The translations under genes and the position numbers were made by a program. Shown piece after piece: positions 9,635-19,618 of a stretch of DNA of 62,897 bases. Source of the DNA: Candidatus Moraniibacteriota bacterium. GTDB taxonomy: Bacteria; Patescibacteriota; Minisyncoccia; Moranbacterales; GCA-2747515. Each line of letters begins with the position of its first letter. The first letter of the stretch is position 1. The DNA is taken from assembly GCA_030592425.1 (NCBI GenBank), contig JAUVJK010000001.1, positions 1 through 62,897 of the forward strand, given 5' to 3'. A model generated the notes under the pieces. The model was not told the DNA's origin, did not search any database, and saw nothing but the letters and a program-made list of their open reading frames with translations.

Positions 9635-10465
9635 TTATTTATTGTGTCGTGACTTTACAACGTATTGGTCACTTTGCTTTCCCTTTCGTCGCGTTCGCAC
9701 ACCAAGAGCTGGTCGTCCCCATGGCGTCTTTGGATATTTCAAACCAATTGGCTGACACCCCTCGCCACCTCCATGTGGATGATCAACTGGGTTCATAGCA
9801 CTACCACGAACAGCTGGTCGTCGTCCCATGTGTCGTGCGCGTCCTGCTTTACCGATTCGTCTTGCATTATGTTCAAACTTACTTACCTGCCCTATTGTCG
9901 CATAACATTCATTGCTAATCAATCTAATTTCCCCAGACATCAATTTCAGATGTGTCATATCATCATCTGTTGACATCACACTTGCACCAGAGCCAGCAGA
10001 ACGTGCTAGTTGTCCACCTTTTCCTGCAAGTAATTCGACATTGCTGACAATTGTCCCTGTTGGAATATTTCCCATCTTTGTACGGTTCCCATCTTCGATT
10101 GGCGCATTTTCAGCACTGACGATCTCTTGATCGACTTTCATTTTTTCCGTTGCAAGAACATAACTTTTAGCACCATCTTTATAGTAGATCAGTGCGATCA
10201 AAGCACTGCGATTTGGATCACGTTCAATCGCGTGGATTCTTCCAGGTACACCAAACTTCTGTTGCTTGAAATCAACTTTGCGGTAACGTCTTTTGTGACC
10301 ACCACCCTTATGTCGCACAGCGATCTTACCATTGCTCCGACCTGCTCGTTTTTTCAATCCAACAATAAGTTTCTTTTCAGGCGCCTTATCGGTCACCTGA
10401 TCTGGTTTGATGATCGACATATTACGTCGAGCAGCGGTATTTCTTTTGTATACTTTAATTGCCAT
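9635..10465 (-). CDS. rplB: 50S ribosomal protein L2
   Basis: GGGHKRRYR, ...DHPHGGGEG... Confidence 0.98.
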   Translation of the reverse strand: MAIKVYKRNTAARRNMSIIKPDQVTDKAPEKKLIVGLKKRAGRSNGKIAVRHKGGGHKRRYRKVDFKQQKFGVPGRIHAIERDPNRSALIALIYYKDGAKSYVLATEKMKVDQEIVSAENAPIEDGNRTKMGNIPTGTIVSNVELLAGKGGQLARSAGSGASVMSTDDDMTHLKLMSGEIRLISNECYATIGQVSKFEHNARRIGKAGRARHMGRRPAVRGSAMNPVDHPHGGGEGCQPIGLKYPKTPWGRPALGVRTRRKGKQSDQYVVKSRHNK

Positions 10466-10473
10466 ATATATCG

Positions 10474-10911
10474 TTATACTCCTTCAAAAAAATCAATTTT
10501 ATCATTTGCACCAATTTTCACCAACGCCTTTTTGTATGCACTCTGGTAACCACGATTCCGACCGATCGTTCGACGACGCACTGGCATATTTATCGTATTC
10601 ACACGCTCTACAGTTACTTCATACAATCCCTCAACAGCTTTCTTGATCTGTGCTTTTGTCGCTTTCTTGTGTACACGAAATGAATACACATGAAGATCAG
10701 TTTGCGCATGCGATTTCTCACTAACGAGTGGTGCAAAAATAACACCATATGCAATGTCTGCATCTTTTCCTATTTTCTTTGCACTCTTCTTTTTGCTTTC
10801 TTTCTTCGTCGTCTTGGTTGTTGACGCTTTTTTTGTCGCATTTGAAGATGATACGATCTGCGCATCTTTTACTTCCTTTTCTTCTTCAGATTTTTTTCCA
10901 AATAATTTCAT
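10474..10911 (-). CDS. rplW: 50S ribosomal protein L23 with Lys/Ser/Thr-rich N-terminal extension
   Basis: Core APLVSEKSHAQ...YSFRVHKKATKAQIKKAVE preceded by about 50 aa low-complexity (KKASTTKTTKKESKKKSAKK). Confidence 0.93.
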   Translation of the reverse strand: MKLFGKKSEEEKEVKDAQIVSSSNATKKASTTKTTKKESKKKSAKKIGKDADIAYGVIFAPLVSEKSHAQTDLHVYSFRVHKKATKAQIKKAVEGLYEVTVERVNTINMPVRRRTIGRNRGYQSAYKKALVKIGANDKIDFFEGV

Positions 10912-10916
10912 ATATT

Positions 10917-11567
10917 TTAAATCGTTTCTGATTTATCTGACTTAGATGCATAGCGTTCTTCGATTCCTGATACAGCTTCTTTACTAAGGAGAATATATTG
11001 TGCATTTGCAATATCAAAAACATTCAATTGTTCTGCTGGGAGACCATTTGTTCGTGGGATATTCTTTAGTGCACGATATGATGGAGTTTCTTCTTGTGAA
11101 AAACCAACAACAACTGTTTTATCAATACCAAGTGCTTCCAACGCATCAGAAAATTTCTTTGTTTTGTTATTTTCGATCACAAGTGACGATACGACAACAA
11201 GTTTCCCCTCTCGCACTTTATCACTCAAAGCGATTGCGAGAGCTTTTTGCTTCTGTTTCCCATTGATCTTCTTGCTAAAATTTCGTGATTTGTCAGGGCC
11301 AAACATCACACCACCACCACGCCAGATCGGATTACGAATAGAGCCTGTACGTGCATTACCTGTCCCTTTTTGCTTCCATGGTTTTTTACCACCACCACGA
11401 CGTTGATCACGTGTTTTTGTATGAGCACTTCCACTGCGACGATTAGCTGATTGCGCAACATAAACCTGATGCACGAGACCATCATTTGCTGGCACACCAA
11501 AGACCGTATCACTCAGTATGATATCGCTCTCTTTTTTTCCTGCTAAATTTTTTACTTCAATTTTCAT
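10917..11567 (-). CDS. rplD: 50S ribosomal protein L4
   Basis: RRGGGKKPWKQKGTGNARTGSIRNPIWRGGGVMFGP. Confidence 0.97.
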   Translation of the reverse strand: MKIEVKNLAGKKESDIILSDTVFGVPANDGLVHQVYVAQSANRRSGSAHTKTRDQRRGGGKKPWKQKGTGNARTGSIRNPIWRGGGVMFGPDKSRNFSKKINGKQKQKALAIALSDKVREGKLVVVSSLVIENNKTKKFSDALEALGIDKTVVVGFSQEETPSYRALKNIPRTNGLPAEQLNVFDIANAQYILLSKEAVSGIEERYASKSDKSETI

Positions 11568-11595
11568 ATCCTTCCCTTATGAGAGTAAATAATAT

Positions 11596-12153
11596 TTATT
11601 GTGTGTGTACTTCAACAATGCGACCAGTAACGCCTGGAACAGCTCCTTTGAGTGCAATAATATTTTTTTCTATATCAATCTGCACGACAGTAATATTTTT
11701 TGTTGTAATACGATCTGATCCCATTCGTCCTGCCATGCGCTTTCCTTTGATCACATGTTGCGGATATGCGGAGCCAATTGATCCTGGTGAACGCAATGCA
11801 TGTCGGTGTCCATGTGTCGCTGGTCCACCTGCAAAGCCATGTCGCTTCACCACACCTTGAAAGCCTTTTCCTTTTGACACACCACTAACAGAAACTTTTT
11901 CACCAGACTCAAAGATATCAACGGTTACCTCATCTCCAACTTTCAATGTACTTTCTGTTTCACGAAATTCTTTGCGATGTTTCTTTTTTGCCGTCTTTGG
12001 CACCTCAAGACAAACAGCTTCATACTGATCAATATCCTTTGTACGGATACCACAGACAGTATTATCTGCGCAATCTATCAATGTGACATTCTGTGCACCA
12101 TCATCATTATAGATCGTTGTCATGCCGAGTTTTTTTCCGAGAATGTATTTCAT
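11596..12153 (-). CDS. rplC: 50S ribosomal protein L3
   Basis: MKYILGKKLGMTTIY..., KGKGFQGVVKRHGFAGGPATHG. ORF-track start 12180 trimmed to ATG 12151-12153. Confidence 0.95.
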   Translation of the reverse strand: MKYILGKKLGMTTIYNDDGAQNVTLIDCADNTVCGIRTKDIDQYEAVCLEVPKTAKKKHRKEFRETESTLKVGDEVTVDIFESGEKVSVSGVSKGKGFQGVVKRHGFAGGPATHGHRHALRSPGSIGSAYPQHVIKGKRMAGRMGSDRITTKNITVVQIDIEKNIIALKGAVPGVTGRIVEVHTQ

Positions 12154-12398
12154 AATTCTGTGCAATAAAAAATGGCTCACGAGAGCCGTAGGCCTTCTTC
12201 AATAAAAAGAAGGTGATCGGCCGCTCAGTATCCCTTCAGTTACAACTGAAAATAGGACTTTAACGGATCATTCTAGAACCTTCAGATTTTGAGCAATTCA
12301 AGGAGTGTATAAATTCTGATATAAGATGTACACGGATGTACATCGAATGAAGAATTTTCTACACGACGATGAAGTGTGCAAAATCTGGAGGTTCTGGT
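12154..12398 (-). promoter_or_regulatory. 245-nt structured intercistronic RNA between rpsJ and rplC, ending in a terminator-like hairpin
   Basis: 17-bp long-range helix 12275-12291 / 12379-12395 (1 mismatch). Hairpins at 12325-12344 (8 bp), 12235-12250 (6 bp) and 12193-12213 (7 bp). GC-rich hairpin GGCTC-N4-GAGCC at 12174-12187 is followed on the minus strand by ATTTTTTATT, 13 nt before the rplC ATG. Confidence 0.4.
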
Positions 12399-12722
12399 CT
12401 ACATTTTAATTTCAATATCAACTCCAGCGGGAAGATCAAGATTTGTGAGATCATTGATCGTTTTCGGAGATGGATTCATGATGTCAATAAGGCGCTTATG
12501 CGTTCGCATTTCAAACTGTTCACGTGCCGTTTTATTGACAAATGTCGAACGGTTAACAGTCACTTTCTTGATTGCTGTTGGGAGCGGGACAGGTCCAGTA
12601 ATCTCTGCGCCAGTGCGCTGAGCCGTTTCTACAATTAGTTTTGCTGACTGGTCAATTACCTTATTGTCATAGGACTTGATCTTGATACGGATCCTTGTCG
12701 CTACTTCCTCTTTTTTAGCCAT
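12399..12722 (-). CDS. rpsJ: 30S ribosomal protein S10
   Basis: [52 protein letters not shown]-track start 12782 trimmed to ATG 12720-12722 (typical S10 length). Confidence 0.93.
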   Translation of the reverse strand: MAKKEEVATRIRIKIKSYDNKVIDQSAKLIVETAQRTGAEITGPVPLPTAIKKVTVNRSTFVNKTAREQFEMRTHKRLIDIMNPSPKTINDLTNLDLPAGVDIEIKM

Positions 12723-12894
12723 CGCTATCTTTCTTTTATTATAAATTGACTGTATTCTTGTCATGTCGTTCACGAGTGACATGATTTACTTGCTCTATAT
12801 TATCTACAAAAAATAATATTCTTAATATTATTTCTGAAAGATATTGTACAAGCAATAATGTGCTTCGCTTTCGAAGCACACAATGCTTTTACAA

Positions 12895-14085
12895 TTATTT
12901 GACGATCTTTGTTGCAACACCAGCACCTACAGTACGTCCACCTTCACGAATAGCGAAGCGCATACCTTCTTCCATTGCTACTGGCACAACCAATTTTACG
13001 CTCAAAGTTACTGTATCTCCAGGCATGACCATCTCTGTTCCTTCTGGAAGTGTCACATCACCAGTCACATCCGTTGTACGAATATAGAATTGTGGCTTAT
13101 AACCTTTAAAGAATGGTGTATGTCGTCCACCCTCTTCTTTTGTCAAAATGTATACTTCGCCTTCAAATTCTGTATGTGGAGTAATTGATCCTGGTTTTGC
13201 AAGTACCTGTCCACGCTCCACATCTTCTTTCTTTGTTCCACGAAGAAGAATTCCTGCGTTATCACCAGCTTCACCACGATCAAGTTGTTTATTGAACATT
13301 TCTACACCTGTAACCGTTGTTGTCTGTGTGTCACGAATACCAACGATCTCAACTTCCTCATTAATATTGACAACACCTCGCTCAATGCGTCCTGTAACAA
13401 CAGTACCCCGTCCTTCAATTGAGAAAATATCCTCAATCGGCATCAAATATGGCTTTTCCGTATCACGTTCTGGTGTAGGGATCTTTTCATCAAGTGCCTC
13501 GATGAGATCGAGGATTGGTTTTGCATCAGCATCATCAACAGATGTTGTTTCAAGTGCTTTAATTGCGCTACCTTGGATCACTGCAGCATTATCTCCATCA
13601 AATTCATATTTTGTAAGAAGTTCACGTACCTCAGCTTCGACGAGCTCGATCAATTCTGTATCATCAACCATATCAACCTTATTGATGAAGACAACAATCT
13701 CAGGAACTCCAACTTGACGCGCAAGCAAAATATGCTCACGTGTCTGTGGCATTGGTCCGTCTGTTGCAGAAACAACGAGAATCGCACCATCCATCTGCGC
13801 TGCACCAGTGATCATGTTCTTGATATAATCAGCATGTCCTGGACAGTCTACGTGCGCGTAATGACGCGTCTCTGAATTGTACTCACAGTGAGCAGTTGCA
13901 ATTGTGATACCTCGTTCTTTTTCCTCTGGAGCGTTATCAATCTCATCAACGTTACGCTTTTCTGCTAATCCTTTCAAAGAAAGAACGTGTAGAATTGCAG
14001 CTGTCAATGTTGTTTTACCATGATCAACGTGACCAATGGTTCCAACGTTTACATGCGATTTACTACGATCAAATACCTCAGCCAT
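12895..14085 (-). CDS. tuf: elongation factor Tu
   Basis: 396 aa with [28 protein letters not shown]. Confidence 0.99.
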   Translation of the reverse strand: MAEVFDRSKSHVNVGTIGHVDHGKTTLTAAILHVLSLKGLAEKRNVDEIDNAPEEKERGITIATAHCEYNSETRHYAHVDCPGHADYIKNMITGAAQMDGAILVVSATDGPMPQTREHILLARQVGVPEIVVFINKVDMVDDTELIELVEAEVRELLTKYEFDGDNAAVIQGSAIKALETTSVDDADAKPILDLIEALDEKIPTPERDTEKPYLMPIEDIFSIEGRGTVVTGRIERGVVNINEEVEIVGIRDTQTTTVTGVEMFNKQLDRGEAGDNAGILLRGTKKEDVERGQVLAKPGSITPHTEFEGEVYILTKEEGGRHTPFFKGYKPQFYIRTTDVTGDVTLPEGTEMVMPGDTVTLSVKLVVPVAMEEGMRFAIREGGRTVGAGVATKIVK

Positions 14086-14261
14086 ATTTTTGATTTATTA
14101 CGTTCACGTGCGGATATATATCAAAAGATTCCGCCGCGACTACGCGAATTAATTATAGTTATTATTATCTTTTTACGAATAGGCACAGTGTACCCTATTT
14201 CTTTTTTCTTGGCAAGAGTTGACGCCACATAAAACTGTGGATATCTTTTCCAAGTTCATCA

Positions 14262-14290
14262 ACTGTAACAATCAATCAAATTCTTGTCAA
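14262..14290 (-). promoter_or_regulatory. candidate sigma-70-type promoter upstream of tuf
   Basis: Minus strand reads TTGACA (14290-14285), 17 nt, TACAGT (14267-14262). Sequence match only. Confidence 0.4.
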
Positions 14291-14334
14291 GTATTAACGT
14301 GCAGGAGCAGTCTATTCAAAATATATATTCCTCC

Positions 14335-15132
14335 TTATTCCTCTTCAAACGCTATTTCAAGCTCTTCTCTTTTAGGTATATCAGTCATAATCGCTTTTAA
14401 TACTCGCACTAATTCCATAGCCTTCACTTCCTGATTTGGTTCACTGTTATTATCCTCGTGAATATGAATATTTATTTCATCCTCTGGCATATCCCCAGAT
14501 GTCAGTGTCAACATGCCACTGCGATTCTCTTGTACGATCGACTTTAATACCTGCGCCTCTCTTCCCGATATATCTAATGTATCAATAAATGATTCATATT
14601 CTTGTGGCATTCTTTCTAATCGCTCCTTTGCTTCTGCCATTTCGGCAAATTTATTTATTGGTAACTTCTTTTCTTCCATTTCATACATTTTTGCAAGAAG
14701 CACTTGCTCCTTTTCAGAAAGAGTTCCTTCATTTACACCAATTAGCTTTAGATAAGCCGTTTTCATTTCTTGTGAAGTGTAATCACCACTCAAAATGAAT
14801 GTCTCTGTAAATTCATTGATCATTTCATCATCAAGTGACAGGTCGGAAGTATTCATTTCCGACGCTTTCTCAGATGAGATCGAAAGTGTGATCATCGTCG
14901 CAAATCTACTAACAGGAAACTTTTGACTCTCCATCTCTCGCATTTTTGATAAAATCTTTTCCTCTTTTTCAGACAACTCATTAGCTTCTTCATGATCATT
15001 CTCAAAAAGAGCAAGATAAGCTCGCGTCACATCGTGCTGAGTACAATTTTCTCGATCCAAAAACAGTGAAAAATCTTCCTGCATCTGATCATCAACAGAT
15101 TTCACGCCTGGTATTTGTTCGTATCCATTCAT
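14335..15132 (-). CDS. hypothetical acidic protein with an internal tandem domain duplication
   Basis: 265 aa, very Glu/Asp-rich. aa 21-80 and 108-165 align (TRAYLALF...LSEKEEKILSKMREMESQKFPVSRFATM vs KTAYLKLI...LSEKEQVLLAKMYEMEEKKLPINKFAEM). No known motif. Confidence 0.7.
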   Translation of the reverse strand: MNGYEQIPGVKSVDDQMQEDFSLFLDRENCTQHDVTRAYLALFENDHEEANELSEKEEKILSKMREMESQKFPVSRFATMITLSISSEKASEMNTSDLSLDDEMINEFTETFILSGDYTSQEMKTAYLKLIGVNEGTLSEKEQVLLAKMYEMEEKKLPINKFAEMAEAKERLERMPQEYESFIDTLDISGREAQVLKSIVQENRSGMLTLTSGDMPEDEINIHIHEDNNSEPNQEVKAMELVRVLKAIMTDIPKREELEIAFEEE

Positions 15133-15244
15133 ATATTTCTCATTATTGTAATTATTGCCTGTATTTATTGTAACTCTTTTTCTTTATTTTTTCCACAAAA
15201 AAGATCCTCTTCCATTTCTAAAAGAGGATCACAATATAATTTTT

Positions 15245-15787
15245 CTATAAATCCTTTGTAATACCAAGTATATGAATCACGCGTCGTCCTTTTTTTGTTA
15301 ATACGGGTAACCAGTAGTATTTCATACTGCCCTTTACAGAATTTTCTATACACCCTCTTGGATACAAAGAACTATTCATCTGCTTTATGATCATATGATC
15401 CTGTGAAGAACTAAGAATCTCTTCAGATATTGTTTTGTGAATACTTTCTCTCACAGAACGTTGATCTTCACTAGATAATGAATCCCATACGACTTCAAAT
15501 TCTCCAGCATATTCAATATCCGCATTATAGATACGACTTTCTCCAGGTAATCCACTCTGAGAAATGAATAAATTTTCATTACTCTTGTAGGTGAATATTT
15601 TCAATGCTTGTTGTATAGTAATATCTTTTCCTTGCAAGACCACACTAATCAACTTTGTGATATTTTTATCTCGCACCCTTCTTTGAACTTCAATAAGACA
15701 TTGACGTAACAGATCATTTTCTATTTGTACACCTTGATATGCATCGTCATTAAGACTTGTCTGCATTTTCTTTACAGATTTTGACAT
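15245..15787 (-). CDS. hypothetical protein
   Basis: ORF-track 15245..15799 begins at a GTG. The ATG at 15785-15787 is preceded by GAGGTGGAG (SD-like). No known motif. Confidence 0.65.
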   Translation of the reverse strand: MSKSVKKMQTSLNDDAYQGVQIENDLLRQCLIEVQRRVRDKNITKLISVVLQGKDITIQQALKIFTYKSNENLFISQSGLPGESRIYNADIEYAGEFEVVWDSLSSEDQRSVRESIHKTISEEILSSSQDHMIIKQMNSSLYPRGCIENSVKGSMKYYWLPVLTKKGRRVIHILGITKDL

Positions 15788-15872
15788 TATCCACTCCACC
15801 TCGTATATAGAGGATCAATACTACATAGATTGAAAAATATTTTGTTAAATAACGATCTCTAAGAAACATTTT

Positions 15873-15901
15873 ACTTTAGTGTATATCAATAAGAATGTCA
15901 A
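15873..15901 (-). promoter_or_regulatory. candidate sigma-70-type promoter for the two hypothetical genes
   Basis: Minus strand reads TTGACA (15901-15896), 17 nt, TAAAGT (15878-15873), downstream of the fusA terminator. Confidence 0.4.
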
Positions 15902-16013
15902 CAAAAGCGCCTTCTTGATACATTCAAACAAAAAAGAGGCTTTAAATCCTTGAATATACATAGTTCTATTGATAAGTAATTACGATCTGTTCACTCCAGT
16001 ATGTTCTTCTTAC

Positions 16014-16048
16014 CATAATAAAACAGCCACATCAAGTGATGTAGCTGT
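16014..16048 (-). terminator. Rho-independent terminator after fusA
   Basis: 11-bp stem 16023-16033 / 16038-16048 (1 mismatch), followed on the minus strand by TTTTATTATGG, 25 nt after the fusA stop. Confidence 0.6.
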
Positions 16049-16072
16049 TTTTATCGGATCGATCAATGGAAT

Positions 16073-18166
16073 CTATTTTTCTTCTCCTGTTCCCATGATC
16101 TCTTGGGCTACGTTATTTGGCACTTCTGCATAATGACTGAATTCCATCACGTAGTTTGCACGTCCTTGTGACATGGAACGCAACTGCGTTGCATAACCAA
16201 ACATTGATGCAAGTGGAATCTCTGCATCAATTTCTTTGAGCTTCGCATTCCCCTCACCACGGTCATTCATTTCTTTCACGACACCACGCTTCGCACTCAC
16301 ATCCCCCACAACGTCACCCATATACTGGTCTGGTGTTGAAACAGCCACCTTCATTATTGGTTCGAGAAGAACTGGCTTTGCGCGTAGAGCTGCTGTCTTG
16401 AAGGCCATTGAACCCGCAACCTTAAATGCTGCTTCTGAGGAATCAACATCATGATACGAACCATCGTACAGTGTGGCTTTCACATCAACCATTGGATAAC
16501 CAGCAAGAATACCGTTATTTACTGCCGCCTCGATGCCTTTCGAAGCTGGTTTGATGAATTCCTGTGGGATCACACCACCTTTGATCTCATCTTCAAATTC
16601 AAAACCTTTACCTGTTTCTAGTGGCTCAACGCGTACCCAACACTGTCCGTACTGTCCACGACCACCAGATTGTTTCACAAATTTTCCTTCGCCTTCTGCC
16701 GTTGCTGTAATTGTTTCTCGATACGATACCTGTGGCTGACCAATATTCGCTTCTACATTGAATTCTCGTTTCATACGATCAACGATAATATCCAAGTGAA
16801 GTTCACCCATACCGGAAATGATCGTCTGTCCTGTTTCTTCATCAGTACGTACACGGAAAGTTGGATCCTCTGCAGCGAGTTTTGCGAGCGCAAGGCCCAT
16901 TTTTTCTTGATCTTCTTTTGTCTTTGGCTCAACAGCAATCGAAATCACTGGTTCTGGAAATTCAATTGATTCAAGGATCACACGATCATCAGGGTCGCAA
17001 AGAGTGTCGCCTGTCTTTGTATTTTTCATTCCAACCAATGCGCCGATTTCTCCAGCATAAAGTTCTTCTACTTCCTCACGGTCATTAGCATGCATACGCA
17101 AGATACGCCCAACACGTTCTTTTTGACCACTTGACGTATTGTAAACATATGAACCTGATTTCAAAGAACCAGAATAAATACGAAAGAAGACAAGTTGCCC
17201 AACAAATGGGTCTGTTGCAACTTTAAAAGCAAGGGATGCAAAAGGAGAGTCGTCAGATGCTTCACGTTTAATCTCTTTCTCTTCATCATCAATATCATGG
17301 CCAATGATCGCTGGAATCTCTGTTGGTGCTGGGAGATAATCCAAAACAGCATCAAGTACTAACTGCACGCCCTTATTCTGCAGTGCTGTTCCTGTAAGTA
17401 CTGGGATCAACTTTGTCGTGAGTACACCCTTACGAATTGCTGCTTTCAATTCTTCTACTGTAATTTCTTCACCACCAAAATATTTTTCCATCAGATCATC
17501 ATCTTGTTCTGCAGCTTTCTCGATCAGTTTTTCACGAGCAGCATCTGCAGCTTCTTTGAGCTCTGCTGGGATCTCACTTTCAATCACTTCCTCTCCCATT
17601 TCTCCTTCAAAAGTAATTTTTTTCATGATCACAAGATCGATCACACCTTCAAAGTCACTTCGCTCACCAACAGCCATTTGCACAGGAATCGCATGTGGCG
17701 TCAATCGATCATGAATTGATTGTACGGCACGATCAAAGTCTGCACCTTCCTTATCAATCTTATTAATAAAACAAATACGTGGCACATTATATTTATCAGC
17801 CTGACGCCATACTGTTTCACTTTGTGGTTCTACACCCTCTTTACCATCAAAAACAACAACGCCACCATCGAGGACACGCATTGAACGTTCTACTTCAACC
17901 GTAAAATCAACGTGTCCTGGTGTGTCAATAATATTAATCTGGTAATCTTTCCAAAAACAAGTTGTTGCAGCTGACGTAATCGTAATACCTCGCTCTTGTT
18001 CTTGCTCCATCCAATCCATCGTTGCCTCTCCTTCATGCACCTCACCAATTTTATGGGAAACACCTGTATAATAAAGAACACGCTCTGTTGTCGTTGTTTT
18101 TCCTGCGTCGATGTGCGCAATGATCCCGATGTTACGTAGTTTATCGATCGAATGTTCTCGTGCCAT
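16073..18166 (-). CDS. fusA: elongation factor G
   Basis: 697 aa with [26 protein letters not shown]. Confidence 0.99.
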   Translation of the reverse strand: MAREHSIDKLRNIGIIAHIDAGKTTTTERVLYYTGVSHKIGEVHEGEATMDWMEQEQERGITITSAATTCFWKDYQINIIDTPGHVDFTVEVERSMRVLDGGVVVFDGKEGVEPQSETVWRQADKYNVPRICFINKIDKEGADFDRAVQSIHDRLTPHAIPVQMAVGERSDFEGVIDLVIMKKITFEGEMGEEVIESEIPAELKEAADAAREKLIEKAAEQDDDLMEKYFGGEEITVEELKAAIRKGVLTTKLIPVLTGTALQNKGVQLVLDAVLDYLPAPTEIPAIIGHDIDDEEKEIKREASDDSPFASLAFKVATDPFVGQLVFFRIYSGSLKSGSYVYNTSSGQKERVGRILRMHANDREEVEELYAGEIGALVGMKNTKTGDTLCDPDDRVILESIEFPEPVISIAVEPKTKEDQEKMGLALAKLAAEDPTFRVRTDEETGQTIISGMGELHLDIIVDRMKREFNVEANIGQPQVSYRETITATAEGEGKFVKQSGGRGQYGQCWVRVEPLETGKGFEFEDEIKGGVIPQEFIKPASKGIEAAVNNGILAGYPMVDVKATLYDGSYHDVDSSEAAFKVAGSMAFKTAALRAKPVLLEPIMKVAVSTPDQYMGDVVGDVSAKRGVVKEMNDRGEGNAKLKEIDAEIPLASMFGYATQLRSMSQGRANYVMEFSHYAEVPNNVAQEIMGTGEEK

Positions 18167-18227
18167 ATTCTTTAGTGATTATATTAATAATTTTGTAATA
18201 CTCTATCTATATGATAATAGCGGTCTT

Positions 18228-19091
18228 TTAGTCTGCTGGCAAGACCGTACCAGGCAAAACCTTTTCCTCATCGATCTTTGACGCCTCAGGAGCAATTATC
18301 CTATCTTGCTTTTTCTTCCAATGAAGGAGATTCATAAAGAAGAGGATCATAAAGATCAATGTTGTAAAAAATGGGATACCAACACCAAAGATCACTAGAA
18401 CGCCCTCGAGAATCAGTGGGACAAAATAGAGATTTAGTACGACGAAATAATATGTAGAAAATTTTTCTTTCATACCAAAGAACATTGCGATTAACATCAA
18501 AATAAGTGCCCACCATAGCGCACTCAGTAAACGAAACACGAGGAGATTCAATATCATTACAAGAAAAATACCGATTGCCCCACCAATCATGATCATACTC
18601 CGTGAACGTTCGATCAGCCCCATTAATTGCTCTTTTGAGTACGTAAGATCTTTTGCCTCTGCAAAGGAGAACTCTCGCGAACGGATCCTGTCTTCTTTTT
18701 GATAAATACCCTCCTTTGTCACAAGTACAGCAGATGTATAAGCATTAAGACTCTCTGGTGAATACGTCGCACCTTCGGTATCAATGATCAAAACATTTCC
18801 ATCACCTTCAACGACATATGGTTGCTCGATGCCTTCAATCAAGAGAGTGCCATCAACAAGAGCTAGATGTGCACCATCAGGAATATTCTGGTTGATCCCG
18901 TCAATCACATCTGGAAATGCACTGTGTACAAAATATGTTATCGACAGTGTCCAGATCGTCGCAACAATAAGACCCGTTACAATCCAAAAAAGCCATGTTA
19001 TCTGATGGCTCTTCTTCTCACTTTCGACAAAAAGAAAAAGGAAATCTGGTTTCCAAACACTCTTTGCTCGTTGGATAATATTGGTCATCAT
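18228..19091 (-). CDS. polytopic membrane protein, DUF1189-like (tentative)
   Basis: 287 aa. N-terminal TM helix, then an extracytoplasmic segment IPDGAHLALVDGTLLIEGIEQPYVVEGDGNVLIIDTEG, then about 5 TM helices. This layout recalls the YvdJ/DUF1189 family; the family call is from memory and was not searched. Confidence 0.75.
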   Translation of the reverse strand: MMTNIIQRAKSVWKPDFLFLFVESEKKSHQITWLFWIVTGLIVATIWTLSITYFVHSAFPDVIDGINQNIPDGAHLALVDGTLLIEGIEQPYVVEGDGNVLIIDTEGATYSPESLNAYTSAVLVTKEGIYQKEDRIRSREFSFAEAKDLTYSKEQLMGLIERSRSMIMIGGAIGIFLVMILNLLVFRLLSALWWALILMLIAMFFGMKEKFSTYYFVVLNLYFVPLILEGVLVIFGVGIPFFTTLIFMILFFMNLLHWKKKQDRIIAPEASKIDEEKVLPGTVLPAD

Positions 19092-19104
19092 AAAGTTCTA
19101 CAGC

Positions 19105-19575
19105 CTAGCCAAAGTGTGCGAAGGCTTTATTTGCTTCTGCCATGCGATGTGTCTCTTCACGCTTTTTCATTGCGACGCCTTCTTTTTTCTCTGCAGCTGC
19201 AATAAATTCATCAGCAAGTAATTCTGCCATGTTCTTTCCTTTCTGTTTGCGACAACCTTCAATGATCCATGTCATCGCAAGCGTTTGTCGCCGGTCACCA
19301 ATCACAGGGACTGGTACTTGGTAGTTTGCACCACCAACACGACGTGATTTGAGTGCAACAGCTGGCGCAATATTTTTGATGGCTTGTTCAAAAACATTCA
19401 ATCCACCTTTTTTTGTACGTTCATGGATAATATCAAATGATCGATAAACGATCTGCTCTGCAGTTGAACGTTTTCCATCAAGCATCAAATGTCCCACAAA
19501 ACGACCTACAAGCATATTTCCATATTTGAGATCCTCTTTCCATTGTTTCTTGAATGTTCGTTTTCTTCGTGGCAT
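19105..19575 (-). CDS. rpsG: 30S ribosomal protein S7
   Basis: MPRRKR..., ...ALKSRRVGGANYQVPVPV.. Confidence 0.98.
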   Translation of the reverse strand: MPRRKRTFKKQWKEDLKYGNMLVGRFVGHLMLDGKRSTAEQIVYRSFDIIHERTKKGGLNVFEQAIKNIAPAVALKSRRVGGANYQVPVPVIGDRRQTLAMTWIIEGCRKQKGKNMAELLADEFIAAAEKKEGVAMKKREETHRMAEANKAFAHFG

Positions 19576-19618
19576 AGTAAAGTGTTGTAATTGTTGTAAA
19601 TGTTATAGATGTTTCCAG

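Noticed and set aside
13148-13717. 189-aa plus-strand ORF
   Set aside because: It lies entirely antisense to the highly conserved tuf gene and has a Ser/Thr/Pro/Arg-rich low-complexity translation. This is typical shadow-ORF behaviour.
15165-15353. 62-aa minus-strand ORF in the gap between the two hypothetical genes
   Set aside because: It overlaps the 3' end of 15245..15787 in another frame and has no RBS.
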